Shown: piece by piece, positions 1-13,175 of the stretch
Layout: each line of letters begins with the position of its first letter
How positions within the stretch are numbered: position 1 is the first letter of the stretch
Origin: Octopus sinensis
Taxonomy: Eukaryota
Length of the DNA stretch: 64,000 bases
NCBI RefSeq assembly: GCF_006345805.1
Contig: NC_043012.1
Span: forward strand, 17,670,001-17,734,000
Direction: 5' to 3'
Notes under the pieces: model-generated
What the model saw: only the letters and a program-made list of their open reading frames with translations
Told to the model about the DNA's origin: nothing
Database searches by the model: none
Program-made: the position numbers and the translations under genes

Positions 1-845
1 GCTTTCATTGATTAACGTGTATCACGTGAATCCTGTATAAAGAAACCGTAGAAGATTTTTAAAACGTATATACTGGAAGGTCAAATTACGTTTCCAGATT
101 GAATTCATCGCGTTAAAGAACAAATAAAGGATGCTTTTATTAAAATCTGTGAGTATATTATCGTTTCTACCCAGTTAGAATAGTTGAAGATTAAAAAAAT
201 ATTAGAAATAGTGCTAGCACTTCCCACCCCCAAATCCTTTTCTATCACCTTTACGCAATTTCTTTGCCTCTTAAAACTTCTATAAAAAATTGTACATTTG
301 AAAATTTATGTAGCGTACTCGGCTTTCAATGTTTTGATTTTCGGTTGATTTATCTATTGCAATGTGACGCCATCGATAATCAAATTCCTTTCAACAACAT
401 TAGAAGCTTTAGAAAAGGTGGCAAAAAAATTCTGGAAGCACGTATTCATACATTTTCTAGAATTCTTTTATTCTATGTATGTATAAATCTCTCTGATTGA
501 TTGGTGGAATAAATGAATGAATGAAGAAATTATCAAAGATGTCATAATATGAAAGTTTATGTTGATGTATGTGCACATGTTAACCAGCAGTTTTGAATAA
601 AGACAATATTTGACATTTATATGACATTTATAAGTCGTTCTCCAGGCGTTATTTAATAGTGTTTTAATTCGTAAATAACCTGTTGCTCATCGAAGTAGGC
701 ATTACCCTCGTGGAGATCTACACGTTTATCTCTTCCTTCTAAAAATCTCTATTTCTCTTTGAGTCTGCATGTCTTTTCACCATTACTCCCCTTCTCTCGC
801 TCTCTCTGATATACATACATACATACATATATATATATATTATAT

Positions 846-883
<38 letters not shown>

Positions 884-935
884 AACACGCATAAATACAT
901 ACATATAAACACACAGACACGCGCATTTAAAAGTA

Positions 936-983
<48 letters not shown>

Positions 984-1199
984 GTATGTATGTATGTATA
1001 TAAAGAGAGAAGTGCCTTGAGAACTTTATCATGGATAAAAGAATGAAATTATTTACATTTTCATCAAAATATGCTGCCGATCGATTTTAAGAGAGTTTCA
1101 TTATGTCGCAGAAGAAAGGGAAATAAATTAAAATAAATAAAATGAAATTGTTCATGATATCAGTTCTTGAGAGTGAAGTGTTTTTACTAAACTCTCATG

Positions 1200-2118
1200 G
1201 TGCTGGTAGTTAGCCTCGATCTGATGTCTGAGTCGTCATGTGGCAGCCGTCGTCGTCGTTGTCCTCGTAGTAGTAGTTATAAAAGAAGCTGTTGTCTTTT
1301 GTTCCTTACGGGCAATGTTGGCATGAAGGTGCAGCTCGGTGGTAGCCGAAGCTACAGTTGTGGCCGTAGTATTAGTGGTTGTACCAGTCTCACGAGTTGA
1401 AGCAACAATATTAGCTTAAGCAAGAGTCGTAGTGGTATTGGATTAGTAACTGGTAAAGACCGTAGAATTAGTGGGGGGTCGTGTATTCCTATCATTTCAT
1501 AGTGACGGTCGGGCTACTAGCTCTGGCAGTATTAGTGTCAGTTATATCAGAAATAGCAGAGGCTTCAGTGCTAGTAGCACCAGAATCAGAAATAGTAATC
1601 TGAGTGTTTGTCATCTTTCCCATCCGCATTTTCTTGATGCCTTGTTATTGCTATGGGCAATCAGCAAATTTATATAAGGAATACATCATAAAAGATTTGG
1701 CCCCTATGTCTGTATGTTCACTGATTCTTATTTGCCTGTATTCGTGTAATTTGAATTGTGATCTATGCTGAGTTATGCTTTATCTTATGAACGTTCCAGG
1801 TTGCCCTATGTAGTTATTTCTACAACCTAGCATGTAATTGCATACAGTAAGATTTCAAATACACATGTGAATATATTTATTGTCAGTGTTGATTGCTTAC
1901 AATAGATCTCCGATTCTACTGAGGTATTTAAAACATACTACATTTGGATAGTGCCCATTGCTTTTAATGTTCTCACTACTTCAATAGTGTGGGCTTTTCC
2001 ATTAATTTCCTTTTTATGTTGTTGTGATAGGAGTTGCTTTCTGGGTTGCTTTCTCTGAGTTATTATATTTTTAAGTACTATTGCAGTTTGTATTATAATG
2101 TAGAATTTGATATATATT

Positions 2119-2174
<56 letters not shown>

Positions 2175-2270
2175 TATATATATATGGAATAAGGTACCTA
2201 TACTCATTCCTCAACACATCTCTCGAAATCGTCCCAGAGTCTGCTGTGATGATTCTCAAATACAACACTT
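1200..2270 (-). mobile_element. Possible decayed LINE ORF1 (gag-like zinc-knuckle region followed by Thr/Ala-rich low-complexity tail)
   Basis: Minus strand gives broken frames with ...HRGQ...ADCP near 1655-1720, followed by Thr/Ala/Ser-rich codons at 1200-1640. Many stops and frameshifts; a (TA)n tract interrupts at ~2120-2185. Confidence 0.3.
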
Positions 2271-2465
2271 CAAAACATAATGGTATACCTTTTCTCTACC
2301 CCTGTTATGAGATTTTTCCTAATATAATAATTTTATTAATTACTTTTTAATTAATTATTATTTTACCATCTGTAAATGAAAACATGTCTGGAGTTTGCAG
2401 CTAATGATTTTTTATGACATGTTATATCTGCATTTTCTTACTTTCTTTTGAATGATTATCAACCA

Positions 2466-2498
<33 letters not shown>

Positions 2499-2719
2499 GA
2501 ACAAAAACAAAACTGACATTAGATCATTTGGACGATACAAATGCAGACAAGAGAAAAACAATTAGAAGGACTGTCACAAAAAGACGGGTTACGCGTGGCT
2601 TTCTTTCCTCAGTCAAGTTCCAGAAATCACGACAATTTCGGACAATATATATATATATTATATACATGCATATATATATATTATACATATACATACATAT
2701 ATATATGTATATGAATTTG

Positions 2720-2837
2720 AGCAACGTGAAATACAGTGTCTTGCTCAAGAACATAACACGCAGCCCAGTCCGGAATTTGAACTCAGTACCTCATAATTTT
2801 GAGCCCGTCATTCTGACCAGTGGCCCATGCACCTTCA
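2720..2837 (-). mobile_element. tRNA-derived SINE 5' fragment (V/Meta/CORE-like body)
   Basis: Minus strand reads GTGAAGGTGCATGGGCCACTGGTCAGAAT...GAGTTCAAATTCC (A/B-box-like), then GTGTTATGTTCTTGAGCAAGACAC. Confidence 0.65.
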
Positions 2838-3181
2838 CATCACACACACAAATGTGTATATTTATAATTATATGTATTTATATATATATACATGCACACA
2901 CACACGCACGCACACACACACACACTACCAATGCATTCCGCAGTTGCCCGTGTGTTATGACCTACAGCCGCATTGTATTATTTGTTCCTCTCTTATGGGC
3001 AGAATCAATACAGCTGATATATAGTGAACTGAATTACAGGCGTAATGGAAGTTATTGCTTATTGAAAAGGGAAGCTGGGTGGGTACAATTTGCATGGCGT
3101 GCAGGAAAGTACTTTCTGTTCCTAACAAGGACCACAAACTATGTATTGTTTCATCGTATAAAAGGGGGTTAATACGATTTT

Positions 3182-3620
3182 GACCAGAAATCCCCTTTTG
3201 AAAAGTTTAGTTTCCCCATGTCCTCACCGCATTTCTTAATTTCTAACTTTTTCGAATATTCTTTTTATCCATGTAGAAATATATATATTTTAAAGTTAAA
3301 TTTTTCTTAAAGTAGCAGTCAATATCCCATCCCCCAACTCGTCCACCCATCACCTATCTGCCTTCGAAAAGGTAAAACCTCCCAATGTTTCACTTTCGTC
3401 TGATGTTGAACTCATTCGTAGAGTTGCGCTGAAATAACAGACGTAAAAAAATACTACACCACCACAAGAAACCCGACATGCTAGAAACAACAGGTAAATG
3501 ACATTTGTGAACAAACTTCCCTGTTTGCTAAAACTCTAAAAGTGAAACATTGGGAGTTTATAGCTTTTTGAAAATGGTGAGGAGATGGTTGGAATTTTTG
3601 GAAAGGAGATTTTAGTGTTT
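3182..3620. mobile_element. Foldback/MITE-like inverted-repeat element
   Basis: Perfect 18-bp inverted repeat CTCCCAATGTTTCACTTT (3379-3396 / 3539-3556), with imperfect outer inverted similarity (CCATGTCCTCACC vs GGTGAGGAGATGG). Confidence 0.5.
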
Positions 3621-3888
3621 CTTTAAGAAAGTGTGAAACTTTCATTTTGAATTTCACTTTGTAATGAAACGTGGTTGTTGTAAAGCATTGTCTTTCAAAT
3701 AACTAGAGCTGGTTAATGAGATAACGTAGAAAATATATAATTAAAAATAGTTTGTTGGGAAGCCGAAAGATTACTGAATCTTTTCATATCCATACGTCAA
3801 ATCGGCAACTCAGTATTCCGATGCATTAGGAACCTAGGCACTCATGCACCCCCTCACCAAAACACACACAAACACACACATAAACTCT

Positions 3889-3940
<52 letters not shown>

Positions 3941-3946
<6 letters not shown>

Positions 3947-4061
3947 TGAGTTGTGGGGTATCGCACGAGTGGAATTATATATGAAAGAAGGTTTGAAAAT
4001 GCAATTTAAAATATGTTTATTTACTAAACATCTTTTAAATTGCATTTTCAAACCTTCTTTC

Positions 4062-4067
<6 letters not shown>
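3941..4067. repeat. Long hairpin repeat, copy 1 (35-bp perfect inverted repeat plus 7-bp inner stem) with left flank
   Basis: ATATATGAAAGAAGGTTTGAAAATGCAATTTAAAA (3977-4011) and its exact reverse complement (4033-4067). Second copy at 62452-62580. Confidence 0.85.
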
Positions 4068-4096
<29 letters not shown>

Positions 4097-4098
4097 AC

Positions 4099-4130
<32 letters not shown>

Positions 4131-4400
4131 TGCTGACGATTCAGAGTATCGCTAATAAAGATTTTGTCATTATGAGCAAAAAGTAATGTATTAGATGGCG
4201 AAGAATTGCAGATGTTAACGGGGACATAATTGGAAGTTATTAACTGCTTCGATGAAATTATTATCTCCAACATCAAAATCTGAGTAAACATTTTCAGATT
4301 TCTACATTGAAGTCTATACATACATACATACATACATCGTTATATTCATAATATATGCATACGTACGTGCACGCATATATACATATGCATACACATATAT

Positions 4401-4440
<40 letters not shown>

Positions 4441-4959
4441 ACATATACACACATATATATATATATTGATACAGGCATGCATACGTACATATAAGCATAT
4501 ATGTCTCTTTCTTCTTTCTCTACCCCTCTCGCTCTTCCTGTGTGTATGTGTGTATTGATATATGTGTATATATATTTTCTTTGTATATGCATATGCAGCT
4601 GTGTATCACATTGTGTGTGAGGTTGGAATTAATATAAGCACAAAGCAGTGGAAATTGGAGATTTTAAAGAAAGTATCATATTTTGCAGCACTCCTGAAGC
4701 ACTCCCGCCAGTAATTGAAAAATGAGAGTCTCAGAAAGCCATAACCGCAATATAATCGGTTCAATCATTTACATACCCACAATGTTAGATTGAATATTGC
4801 CAAGTTACTTCCTGATCGTAACCTGCAAGAATATCCCCACAGGATACAATCCAATTTATTTAACCGGCAAAACTGAAATGTGCACTATAAATGCATGACA
4901 AATATATGAAAAACTATCGCGGATTGATGGCGGCACAAGCGACCTAATAGTAGTATGAA

Positions 4960-5270
4960 TCAGTGAGACCGTTGACTAAAATTTTTGAAGATGACAGAAC
5001 GTTCTCATCGATACTCACTATAACAAAGGAGATAACTAGAGCTATCAACAGAAAGAAAAAAAAAAAACATCTACCGTCTGGCGCATATCACCTGGATTTG
5101 AAATATATGTTAATCGTTTGGGAAATTTGTGCAAAGACACGTATCACCCTTACTGGGGTACATGACAAACTAAAGTATTTCTCATAAGGTTCAAGAGCCT
5201 GTATTTCAGCCCTGTGTCCAGGTTTATGAATGTAGAAAAACAAGGAGCACTTCATTATGAGAAATAATAA
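4960..5270 (+). mobile_element. Highly degenerate mariner-like transposase C-terminal remnant
   Basis: HLPSGAYHLDL resembles the LPHPPYSPDL motif; downstream residues weakly resemble the terminal ...G.Y.E segment. Confidence 0.3.
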
Positions 5271-5694
5271 TATAGACGAAATTAATAAGACCTAGTGTAA
5301 TCTGTGCTCCCAGGTTGCTTTGCGAATTAATGTGACCTCTGAAATGGTAATACCGACTTCAACAACACGAAAACTGTAGAAAACTTTAAACATGAAGAGC
5401 GAGAATTTCGACGTTCTTGTATGAGAACACAATCATATTTCATAAGTCAGCAAAAATGTTGAACTTGAACAAAGAACTTTTGTATATCACAGACTTTAAA
5501 AGAGACAGGAGTATGCTTATATAAATCAATTTCCCTGTCACCATATATGATTGTCTATAAAAGAGACGTAGGAAGCTGTCAGATACGGAATAATTTTAGC
5601 TAACAACTCTTTAATAATATTCTCCACTAAATAATTATTCCACACACACTTCAAAGCGATCTTTTACTATTTATCTTGTCTGTCTATGTATCTG

Positions 5695-5703
5695 TCTACC
5701 GAC

Positions 5704-5775
<72 letters not shown>

Positions 5776-5776
5776 A

Positions 5777-5825
<49 letters not shown>
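5695..5825. repeat. (TATC)n microsatellite
   Basis: Direct inspection; many similar tracts occur across the window. Confidence 0.98.
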
Positions 5826-5826
<1 letters not shown>

Positions 5827-5850
5827 CCTATCTGTTTATGTAAATATATA

Positions 5851-6174
5851 CAGGCGTGGCTGTGTGGTAATTTCGTCTGTCTTTACGTTCTGAGTTCAAA
5901 TTCCGCCGTGGTTGACTTTGCCTTTCATCCTTTCGGGGTCGATAAATTAAGTACCAATTGCATACTGGAATCGATCTAATCGACTGGACCCCTCCTCAAA
6001 AATTTCGGGCCTTGTGCCTAGAGTAGAAAAAAAAACCCTTGCTTCTCAACCACATGGTTCCGGGTTTAATTCTATTGCGTGACAACCTCAGAAGGTGTCT
6101 GCAAGTATATCCGCGGGCGAACAAAAGCCTTGTGTTTGGATTTGATAGACGGAAACTTGATGAAGCACGTCGTA
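5851..6174 (+). mobile_element. CORE-like tRNA SINE interrupted by a 5'-truncated Deu/Nin-like SINE (5870-6037)
   Basis: Head CAGGCGTGGCTGTGTGGTAA (5851-5870) resumes as TTGCTTCTCAACCACATGGTTCCGGG at 6039. The insert carries GAGTTCAAATTCCGCC and TTTGCCTTTCATCCTTTCGGGGTCGATAAA and ends in an A-rich tail. Confidence 0.8.
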
Positions 6175-6186
6175 CACACAGAGACA

Positions 6187-6259
<73 letters not shown>

Positions 6260-7388
6260 ACACACACCCACATTCACACACACGTACACACACTCACATA
6301 TATAAAGAGAGATAAAGAGGTAGATAGATAAATAAAAAAGATAGATTGATAGCTACCTTTGTATTCAAGGCTGTTGGATAAGACCTGCAAAGCTTAATAT
6401 CTTCACGACATATATATAAGGCACGCCCGATTGTCCGGGTGCGGTGATGATAATTCAATTCAACAGGAAGTTTACAGCCCGTTTTGCAACTCTCATCCTC
6501 AGAAATGCAATGGTCCATTGATTGGTGAAAAGGGGTCCTTCGACGAAAATGGCAATTGTTTAAACATTGCACTATAAAATAAATATAAGAGACAGAATTT
6601 GTGAGTCGTGAACAAAACAATTTCTAGCATGTAATGAATCGATTTTACTTTCTGTTTTCAGTATGTATATACATATATATCTTCACCATTACCATAACAT
6701 CTATGAAAACTGCACCAGCATACATTCCATTGATTCAACACCAAAATACCACTGTCCTGATAAATGTCATGCACTTCCGATAAATTAAATAAAATATTTA
6801 GGTTTTACTTACCTCGTATTTACAACAGGATGTTTCTGCCAATCGTGTGTTGTTGAAAACTAATTAAATCTAATTTACATGTCTTTTTTTTTATGACATT
6901 ATATATTTATTTAATTGAATAAAACTAGATAATGTCGTTGACTTTGAATCTAACTCAATGCACCGAAAATTTACCGTTGATTCACATGTTATAAAATGTG
7001 CATTGAATAATAAATGGTTGTATTTCCTAGAATAATACACAATGGTAATCAAAGCATTGTTATCGACGTTTGCTGAGAAAACGCAATTCAATCTGCTTCC
7101 CTGTTGCATTGTTACTAGATAACATAGATGTAAATTATCAGAGTAGTTTGTATTTATGTGTTATCATGCGTGTGAAAGTAAACAATAGATATAATGCAGT
7201 CATGCTTTCAAAATGTTTAGATGTCATCTATAATGATTTAGACTTGAAATAAGATATAAGATGCTTATAGCAATTTCTCATGAAACAACATTTTATATGT
7301 GGCTTAAATATCATTCTTGAAATAAAGTTCCATTCATACATACACACTCACGTATAAATATAAATATAAATATATATTTATATATGTA

Positions 7389-7422
<34 letters not shown>

Positions 7423-7458
7423 CATATACATAAATACATACATACACACACATATATA

Positions 7459-7498
<40 letters not shown>

Positions 7499-10211
7499 AA
7501 TAAATGCATAAACATCAAACATTCAAATATGTCGCTGTCACTTTTATCAGATGTGTCGAAATAAAAGATAGTACAACTTGAGGCAGCTTTCATTCCTTCC
7601 ATATCTGTAGGTAATATATGTAAAGAAATATTTGATTATCTCTAAATGCGGCATTATATTCTAACTCTCCAAAGATTGTTGACTACGCTGCAGTCAGCAT
7701 TGATATTCTTTCATACTAAACTAAAACCTAAATGAATTCTAAAATAACTTTAATTTTAAAGAATCAAACATGCTTATTTATATCGAAATATATATGTTGT
7801 TTAGGCACATCTTCAAAAGAAATCATTCACGAAAGAAGAACGAATTACTACAATGAAATTGTTGGTATGATTAAGATGTTTCATAATTGAGTGAGTACTG
7901 TGTAAGCGTAGTACATTTAAGTTGATGCTGGAGACATTAGAAAGTGCAACCAAACCTTCCTGAAGCACTGTTCAAATATATTTAAAAGAGAGGACACCTT
8001 TAATAATTTAATCCTTGATACACAACAGAGGAGGCTGAAAAGGCTTTCACTACGATTCTACGAGATGAGGTTGACCGAGGGTTATGAAACAACGAGCGAG
8101 ATAAGAAACATAAACATCATTCTTACTAATATAGTAAATCAAATCTCAAATACTTTAAATTAGAAGAATGTAATGATTTTATAATGAGATGCATTGGATT
8201 GTTATGGCAGATCCCAACTGCAGTATCAATCATTCGCTTAATTGATCTACACTTTCTTATATCATGCATGTATGGTACGTAGCATTAATACTGAGACATT
8301 TATAATAAGACTCATATACACTAACATACATTCTACTACAAATGTGAAGCGTTAATGGTCCTGAGGGGCTTTTAATAACGAGTGAACAAAAGCGTCTCCG
8401 TGTCGTTGCTTAGTATTCTGAACTATAAAATTTCCATAAGATTTCATTACCTGGCAATATTCATTTATGAATTTCAATTATTGTGTAAGAGAAAGGTCAG
8501 TAAATGAGGCGATCAAACTTGTACAAAACGATTGACAACGTCATCGAAACGAATCTGTTTCAACTGATATTTGAACCTGCTTCTCTTCTAGGGTCATCCA
8601 AGGACATACGCGGCTGTGGCACACTCGACATGTATTTACCAATGCTTGAAACATATAATTTACAAGCTAACACATCACTTGACCCTTCACTTTAGTTTAT
8701 TTAAGGATGTCAGCTTTCGAAGAAATGATAATTTAAAATGACATTTAGACCAAGAAGCTCTATTGAGAATTTTAATCATATTAATAAAAAAAGAGATTTT
8801 ATGCTCCGATTACACAAAAACGCTTTCTTGGATGCTTTTAACACAATTTGAATCTGTTGGCTGATTGCGCTATTTGATTTCGTTTGAGAAGAGAATATCT
8901 GAGCATTGGTTTCAAATGTCACTACGCTTTTACAATCTTATTGCAGGATGTGCTGCATGTGTGTATTGATAAAGGTTATCAGGAATAGCTTTTAATGCCT
9001 GTGTTTGGAATTTGTTAAAGGAAATATGATATAATGAAATCAATATAATCGTTAATTCATGTCCTACAAAACATCACCTTCCTATTCTCAAACGAAACCA
9101 TTATTCACAGTCTTCACGGTGGCGAGCCATTTGTGATGGTAGACCACATGATTGAATACTTTACAGTGTTTAGTTTAAATCCAGTGCGATCTGATTTCAA
9201 CTAATGGCATGACATTTTGCAATTCATCTCTTTGAGGTCAAGAAAATTAATCACCTACTAGGACGATTAAACAACTGATTAATGATAATCTATTGTTTAG
9301 ACCAAGGTCATCACTAATCGGGTACATTGAAGATAAGTGGCATCCTAGCCATGAGTAGCCAGTTGCTACGACACCGTCACTTTTCGTTGGGTACAATGAA
9401 CCAATGTTTACGTTAATCAGTATATTCTTTTTGTTTTAGAGAGATTTAACTGCTAAACGGAGCACGTTGAACCATCACGTAGAGGTTCCTTTGTAGGTCT
9501 GTCAATAAACATTAGTATTACACTGAGGAAATATAATTTCGATTGCTTTATAATCAGCTACGTTCCTTCATATTTTAATAACGTCGCTGCACAAAGAAAC
9601 AAACACACACACACACACCCCCCCCCACACACATATATATATATATACATAAAACCATGCCGATAAACTATAGACGCGTGAATAGTTCGTTCGTATCCTG
9701 CAGATAGTATTTTGAACTCATTAAGTCCAAAATGCGAAATGCTTTGTGAATGTGCAAAAAGCGTCGTAGAACTGACGAGTGTCAATAAGTTAACTTCTCT
9801 AAATGAACATAATCACAAGTTGCTCCAGTTGTTGATGGTCTCAGATTTAAGCTCAGAAGTATCAGGAACGTAGTCGCAATATCAGACCTTGATATATATT
9901 AAATAAAAACAAGTTCGTATCTTTGTTTTATAACAGAGTAAGAGGAAACATTGTTAAATTGAATTTAAGTTGTAGCTTTGATTCACAATGAAAGTTCGTA
10001 TATTTTTCAGACAGACCCTTTTCATTACGATAATGGCAATGAAAATGCCCCTGAGAGAAACGGAAAACCCACATTTATTGTTCACACATTTCTTCAAGTA
10101 AAATGTGCTCCGTGTGAAAGTAAATTAATGTTTATTATACTATTAAAAGTCAGTAAATCAACAGAAACATTAGGGTGCCGAAATAACGAATTACAGTATT
10201 TAGTTTGTGCA

Positions 10212-10428
10212 AGGTACCGAATTGTCAGAATCGTCAGCGCGCTGACAAAATAATTGGCGGCATTTCGGTCGTCTTTATGTTTTGTGTTCAAATTTCGGCG
10301 AGCTCTACTTCGTCTTTCATCTTTTCGTAATCGATAAAATAAGTAGCAGTTGAGTACTGGGGTCGATTGACCTCTACCCTCCCCTAAAAGTGCTGGCGTT
10401 GTGCAAATATTTGAAACCTATATTAAAT
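10212..10428 (+). mobile_element. Deu/Nin-like SINE, diverged copy
   Basis: Degenerate head, GTGTTCAAATTTC B-box, TCTTTCATCTTTTCGTAATCGATAAAATAAGTA core. Confidence 0.65.
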
Positions 10429-10844
10429 TGGTTTATTTATTGTTTAGATTTGAATTATGTCAATATCAGTTTTAAATTCAATCGTTTTAGCGTTAATAAT
10501 TGGTGTTTGGTTTGAGTGAGTATATTGAATACACTAAATCTCACACAGCTGAGGCTACGTTCAATTTCCGTGTAGCAAGCCAATTAAACTTGGAAGATAT
10601 ACACTATAACAAATATAAAAATATGATCTTTGAACCTACATTGTAAACACTGCTCAATTGCAATAAAAAAAATTGAATTTCTATTCGAGTGTCGTATTGG
10701 GTGCAAGATCTCTCCGCCTTCAAAACTGTAGTCTGGATATCTGGATAACTTTCCATCTCAAAAGCTATCAAATTTACTTTCTGTTTTGTTTCCAACCTCT
10801 TCCTGAATACAAACAATCCAACTTCTAGCCAACGATTCTTCTGT

Positions 10845-11785
10845 AGTTAGTTAGTTAGTTAGTTAGTTAATTTGGCTCAAAAGCAAATAGCAAGGCCATG
10901 TAGGGGGACATGGAGTTAGGTACAGGGTGCTGTTCATGTAAAGAGTTCAGGCCACTTGAGGTCAAGGGAGGCTTTGAACAAAGCGGTCGTCAGCATCTTC
11001 ACCATCTCGTCTGGCAGCTTGTTCCACGGATCCGGAACCCGGACGGAGAAAGCTCCTCTCCTTCGATTAAGATGAAATCGTCGCAGGTAGAGCTTTTCGG
11101 AATGACCCCGCAGCCGACGCTCCGGAGCAGGAGTGAAGAACAGCTCTTTCGAGAGGTTACACTTTCCGCTTATGATGTTGTGGGCGAGAATGAGATCACC
11201 ACGGCGGCGGCGTTTTTCAAGAGAATAAAGGTCGAGCGTCCTCAGCCTTTCTTCGTAGGACAAATTTTTGAGACCATGAACCATGCGGGTAGCCAGCTTC
11301 TGGACTCTTTCGAGATGCTGTATGTCTTTGAGGAGATAAGGAGAAGAGGCTTGAATCCCATACTCCAATATGGGTCTCACCAGCGTGACATAGAGTGGTA
11401 GGAATATGGCTGCTGTGAGCATTCCGAATGACCGTCGAATCAAGAACAGAATTCCGCGTGCTTTGTTGGCAGCATGGACGCACTGGGCCGAAGGCGAAAA
11501 GGAGGAATCCACCAAGATACCTAGGTCCTTTACCTGATCGGTCCTCTCCAGCAGCAGACGACCCGGCTCGAAATCAAGTTGAGTTGCAGGAGTAGAGCCG
11601 ACAGACAGATGACAGCACTTTGACACGTTCAGACACAGGTCCCAATGTTAGACCACTTCCAAATTTGGTGGAGGCATCGACGAAGATCCTCTATATTACC
11701 GCGAGGATCGACCAGTTTGATATCGTCGGCAAATAGAAGGGTGTGTTGCGTGAGGTCGTCGGGCAAGTCCGCTCTAGCCGAGAAT
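10845..11785 (-). mobile_element. 5'-truncated CR1-group LINE (RT C-terminus, short 3'UTR, (CTAA)n tail)
   Basis: FADD motif encoded at 11722-11733. After one frameshift a 230-aa ORF follows (VKDLGILVD, LVRPILEYG, LERVQKLATR, YEERL, RGH, FSVRV..WNKLP). The tail is (AGTT)6 on + at 10845-10868. Confidence 0.93.
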
Positions 11786-12352
11786 ATCGACGTGGGCCAA
11801 AATTTAAAAAATAATTGTTTCTTTTAAGTTTTTACAATGTGAAAAAACCAGACCTATAATTTCAGGAAAACAGCTTCTGCTGTGTCCACCACCAGAAACT
11901 AAGGTTTTACTGGAAGAAATTGGACACTGGGAAATATGCAAGGGCAATATTCTGTTATTGACGCAATGCAATCTGAACTGTCATTTAGTGTTTATGAGAG
12001 GTTTTTGTATTATGTTATGTCGACCGGTTTAAGTAGCGGAGGAATGATGAAATTGGCAAAGCGGTCCTGTGGATTGCAGCTAGCTTGTAAAGCCTTGAAC
12101 CGTATCTGGCAGAAGAAATACATTACCTGATTTCTAACATGGAGTCTATTCGCGCCTGTGTTCTTTTAGCGGAAGGTCTTAGTCAGTCTACAATCTATCA
12201 AATCAATGCTACATTTAGATTAATTTTTCTCTGCGACTTCTATTTTGTTGTTGCAGCAACATCAAATGTAGAAATACGATGCGATTCTTCATTCCTTCTT
12301 AACTTTTCGAACACATATTACACACACACACACACACACAAAGGCGCGCGTG

Positions 12353-12420
<68 letters not shown>

Positions 12421-13012
12421 CACGCACACACGCACACACACGCACAGAAACACATATCCTGTTAAAGTCTAATGAGAGTTTTATAAAAAAACAGTATCTA
12501 AGTTTCTCCAAAACACTCGCAACCGATTTAAAAATGGATGAGCTCATATGAGTAATCGGAGCCCTAAAAATAGAAAAGAACAGATTGGTTGGTCACGGTC
12601 TGGACGATGTTTCTACTGTAATTATCAGTTCCACTCAAACAAAACTGATTTCTAGATAAAGAAAAGTTTTCTCACGGGCGCCTGCTGATATTCCTCGAAG
12701 GGAACCTGAAATGAGAAAATATCAACTTTGTTACCTTTAAAAAGTTACTGTTCCTATACATACACGGAAAATAATCTGACTCTACTTTCACTACCGTTTA
12801 CACAAACAACGTCCTCTAAAATAGTATGAAATCCCATTTTCAGAATCTCTGACGAATTTGCATAGCAATCGGACGGCTATAACTGCTAAAATAATATTGA
12901 AGCTCAGATCAGTTTTTGAAAGTCTATAAGACTCAAAAATTTGGAAGGTTTCATACATAAAATTCCAACGAAATGACCATGCAGTTTTGAATAATTATGC
13001 ATAGAGGGGAAG

Positions 13013-13175
13013 AGATTGCTGTGTGGTTACGAAGCTTGCTTCGCAAGTGTGTTTCTTCTTGTTCAGTCCGATTGAGCGGTACGTTCGACAAGTTTCTTCT
13101 ATTATAACTCTGGGACAACCAATTCCTTCTGAGTGAATTTAGTTGATGGATATCGTGTGGAAGCTCGTCATATCA
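13013..13175 (+). mobile_element. CORE-like tRNA SINE, diverged
   Basis: GCTGTGTGGTTACGAAGCTTGCTTC...GTTCAGTCC...CAAGTTTCTTCTATTATA, matching the family at 5851. Confidence 0.65.

Noticed and set aside
8580-9160. Candidate short exons (AG|GGTCATCC at ~8591; HGGEPFVM at ~9105-9135)
   Set aside because: Weak donor sites and no recognisable protein family; needs RNA-seq.
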